A model generated the notes under the pieces. It was not told the origin of the DNA. It did not search any database and saw only the letters and a list, made by a program, of their open reading frames with translations. A DNA stretch of 64,000 nucleotides from the NCBI RefSeq assembly GCF_006345805.1, contig NC_042998.1, positions 198,214,001-198,278,000 on the forward strand. The letters run 5' to 3'. The position numbers and the translations under genes were made by a program. This DNA comes from Octopus sinensis. Its lineage: Eukaryota. Below are positions 60,766 through 64,000 of the stretch, in pieces (positions within the stretch are counted from its first letter, which is position 1; each line of letters starts with the position of its first letter).

Positions 60766-61587
60766 TCTATATATATAAAGTTGAAGTTGTCTGTGTGTAT
60801 GGCAGGTTTGGTAGCCTTCAACTAGCACTATCTCCTCCGAGACCCTGCAGCGCAAGTTGACCAAAATTGAGAGTATGATAGAAGAAGGCTTGCTCTTCAT
60901 TCCGTTGAAGAAAAAATTCAAATCGGACCATGTTAACACCAAAAATTATTTACATCAAAAAGGTGATTTTTTTCTATGAAAATCCAAATTTTTTACAATT
61001 TTTTTTACTGTTGTCTCGCCATTTTTCAGTGTATTTCAACCAGAAAAATGTTCATTTAAAGAGAATAACAAGCTACATAATGCAAAATTTTTACTTTTCA
61101 AAAACTCCAATTCTAAAGGGTCAAAAAGAAAACAAACCCATGCAACGCTGGGCTATACTCTTTTACTCTTTTAACTCTTTTACTTGTTTCAGTCATTTGA
61201 CTGTGGCCATGCTGGAGCACCGCCTTTAGTCGAGCAAACCGACCCCGGGACTTATTCTTTGTAAGCCCAGTACTTATTCTATCAGTCTCTTTTTGCTGAA
61301 CTGCTAAGTGACGGGGACGTAAACACACCAGCATCGGTTGTCAAGCAATGCTAGGGGGACAAACACAGACACACAAACACATACACACGCATAAATATAT
61401 ACATACATATATACGACAGGCTTCTTTCAGTTTCCATCTACCAAATCCACTCACAAGGCATTGGTCGGCCCGGGGCTATAGCAGAAGACACTTGCCCAAG
61501 ATGCCACGCAGTGGGACTGAACCCGGAACCACGTGGTTGGTTAGCAAGCTACTTACCACACATCCACTCCTGCGCCTATACTGCTAG
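60766..61587 (+). mobile_element. Helitron family H2 interrupted by a SINE A
   Basis: H2 body 60766-61159; its terminal TATACTGCTAG resumes at 61577-61587. Confidence 0.82.
61160..61576 (-). mobile_element. tRNA-derived SINE family A nested in a Helitron
   Basis: Full-length reverse copy; TATACT duplicated at 61154-61159 and 61577-61582. Confidence 0.9.
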
Positions 61588-62188
61588 TTTTTTTTTTAAA
61601 AAGAAAAAAAAAAAACTATAGAAACCAGAGTTAAGCAGCAACTCTATTGATCTTTGAAATTTGGAAGAGGAATGTCTTACACTTACTGATGGCATATTTG
61701 CCTCAAGCTTATTGCCAACAGCTGACTCTCCTATCAATTACTATTCTTACTTTATAAGCATCAAAGATCTGTACGTAACATGATCTCTTTTCTGTATGAA
61801 TGAACAAATAGTAAAGACGGTTATTGATTGCTATTAAACTGCCAAGCATTTGCCAGGTAAGATAGAACAATACCACTTTCCTTCCAGAACAATTTGCTAT
61901 GGATGTTAACATCACTCGCCTTAAGTTTGATATCCAATACTTAATCTTTCAAATGAGTAATTCACTTGAAACTAAAGTATTTATATAAATATCATTTTCT
62001 GAGGATGTTCCTTCATATAATGTTATAATATGCTATCTTTCTTGACATTCTGATTTTATATTTTGTTTGTTGAGGGTGTTATTAAAATCAATATCCTTTG
62101 TACAGTAGAAAACCTACAAACCATAATTTAAATATTTCGCAAGACATACCATAGAAGGAATCTTGTTTGAAGTAATATATATATACAA

Positions 62189-62783
62189 CTAGCATTATCG
62201 CCCGGCGTTGCTCGGGTTTGTAAGGGAAATAACTATATAAGCATTTTTAGAGAGTTATAGCCAAAAAATAGCAAAAACATGCATTAAAAATGGAAAAAAA
62301 ATGATGGTAATTTTTTTTTAAATCGTTGACTCATCGTAGACATTTTTAGAGAGTTACTTCCCTTATATAATAGCGAAAAAATGCATTAAAATGGAAAAAA
62401 AATGATGGTAATTTTTTTTTAAATCGTTGACTCATCGTAGACATTTTTAGAGAGTTACTTCCCTTATATAATAGCGAAAAAATGCATTAAAATGGAAAAA
62501 AAATGATGGTAATTTTTTTTTAAATCGTTGACTCATCGTAGACATTTTTAGAGAGTTACTTCCCTTATATAATAGCGAAAAAATGCATTAAAATGGAAAA
62601 AATTATGGTAATTTTTTTTAATCGTAGACTCATCGTAGACGTGCGCTAATACCCAGAAGGGCTCGATATGAATCACGACTATAAGACACCCGGTTTTGGT
62701 TAAACTGCACCGCAAAATGTGGGAGTAGTTAGGAATCTAAATCGTAGGAGACAGACACATAACTTCTCTTTTATATATAAAGA
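62189..62783 (-). mobile_element. Helitron family H1 with expanded ~101-bp internal tandem
   Basis: T/CTAG and TC/A ends on the minus strand; internal unit repeated about 3.5 times. Confidence 0.85.
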
Positions 62784-63224
62784 TATCGTATGTGAAATTC
62801 TACCGCAATTAATGTTGTTATTATTATTTATCTCTGGGCTTAGATCTAAGATAAAAGATGTTCCAACCATGACTATCCCATTTGTAGTTTTAAGACTACA
62901 TTGTTTAAGAGTTTTTTTCTTTTTTCATTTTTTTTCATTGTTAAAATAGTAAGATGTCATTTAAAGGAAGTTTCACTGCTCTTTCTAGCAAAATGATCAC
63001 ACTGAGGTTGCCTCACTATTTCTGCCTTCAGCCTTGATCAAACACATCTATAATCAAAAGCCTTCCAGTCATGACCAATTCATCTTTTGCATATCTAAGA
63101 CTACATTATGAGTCTATTCTTTTCTAAGATGATTGAATTGGATTTAAGAGGAATTTGGTTGCTATTTCTAGAAGATTTATTGTGTCGAGCAATGTTTTTC
63201 TTAATCTCTTTCTTTCACGCCCGA

Positions 63225-63588
63225 TTTTGAATTTTCAACATCAAAAATCAAATGGAAATTGTATTTGTGATACCTGTGCCGGTGGCACATAAAATGCACC
63301 ATCCGTACTTGGCCGATGCCAGCGCCGCCTTGACTGGCGTCCGTGCCAGTGGCACATAAAAAGCACCAGCCGATTGTGGCCATTGCCAGCCTCCCCTGGC
63401 ACCTGTGCTGGTGGCACGTAAAAAGCACCCACTACACTCAAACAGTGGTTGGCGTTAGGAAGGGTATCCAGCTGTAGAAACTCTGCCAGATCAGACTGGA
63501 GCCTGGTGTAACCTCCTGGCTTCCCAGACACCAATCGAACCATCCAACCTGTGCTAGCATGGAAAACAGACGTTAAACGATGATGATG
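63225..63588 (+). mobile_element. SINE-like family B
   Basis: Same 5' end as the 58436 copy, internal modules, 3' domain and GAT tail. Confidence 0.85.
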
Positions 63589-64000
63589 TTTGTGTGTGTG
63601 TGTGTCGGGAGTGGGATGTCCCTAAACAGATAAAGTCAATATATGGCTAACTTATGCCCTATTCAGAAGTAACCCATGTTGCACCAAAATATAACAATGC
63701 TTCATATTGAGAAATACTGGTGGAGAGGTTTTCTCATTTGGTCAAATAAAAGATGTGTTTATTTATCGGAACAAAGCTATGTCTAATTGTTGCTGGACAT
63801 GGAATATAATAATGATAACGATACCATGAGTAGTAACGGATGAACAAGGACCATAAACCACATGATATATCTCACTTGAGAGCAAACTCATTGCAGTCTC
63901 CTTCCTCTGTCACTGTCTGCTTCTCTCTTTCTATCTCTCTCTCTCTTTCTCTCTCTCCCTCTCTTTCTCTCTCTGAAAGTTGGGGCACTATTTGGATTAT

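Noticed and set aside
1-64000. Prokaryotic or viral system (defence island, operon, prophage, endogenous virus)
   Set aside because: No long non-repetitive ORF exists; the longest non-repeat frames are LINE or transposase fragments of about 150 aa or less.

Overview
AT-rich eukaryotic genomic DNA, dominated by microsatellites and interspersed repeats. The repeat families look like those I associate with octopus/coleoid cephalopod genomes (inference, no database search). No intact, recognisable protein-coding gene is visible; almost every long ORF in the track is a microsatellite, minisatellite, SINE or LINE-relic artefact. Supported content: one full-length but inactivated mariner transposon (15328-16609); 3' fragments of CR1- and RTE-type LINEs, one with a twin-priming inversion and a 12-bp TSD; at least five SINE-like families, one forming head-to-tail multimers with the same junction at three loci; two non-autonomous Helitron families; Merlin-like (8-bp TSD) and piggyBac-like (TTAA) MITEs; several foldback hairpins; a Penelope-like relic with a candidate hammerhead ribozyme; and a 27-bp minisatellite. 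A CpG-retaining central zone (about 34-47 kb) with promoter-like motifs lies between CpG-decayed flanks, which suggests two gene bodies. Only low-confidence candidate exons could be proposed for them. No prokaryotic-type system, CRISPR array or rRNA is present.
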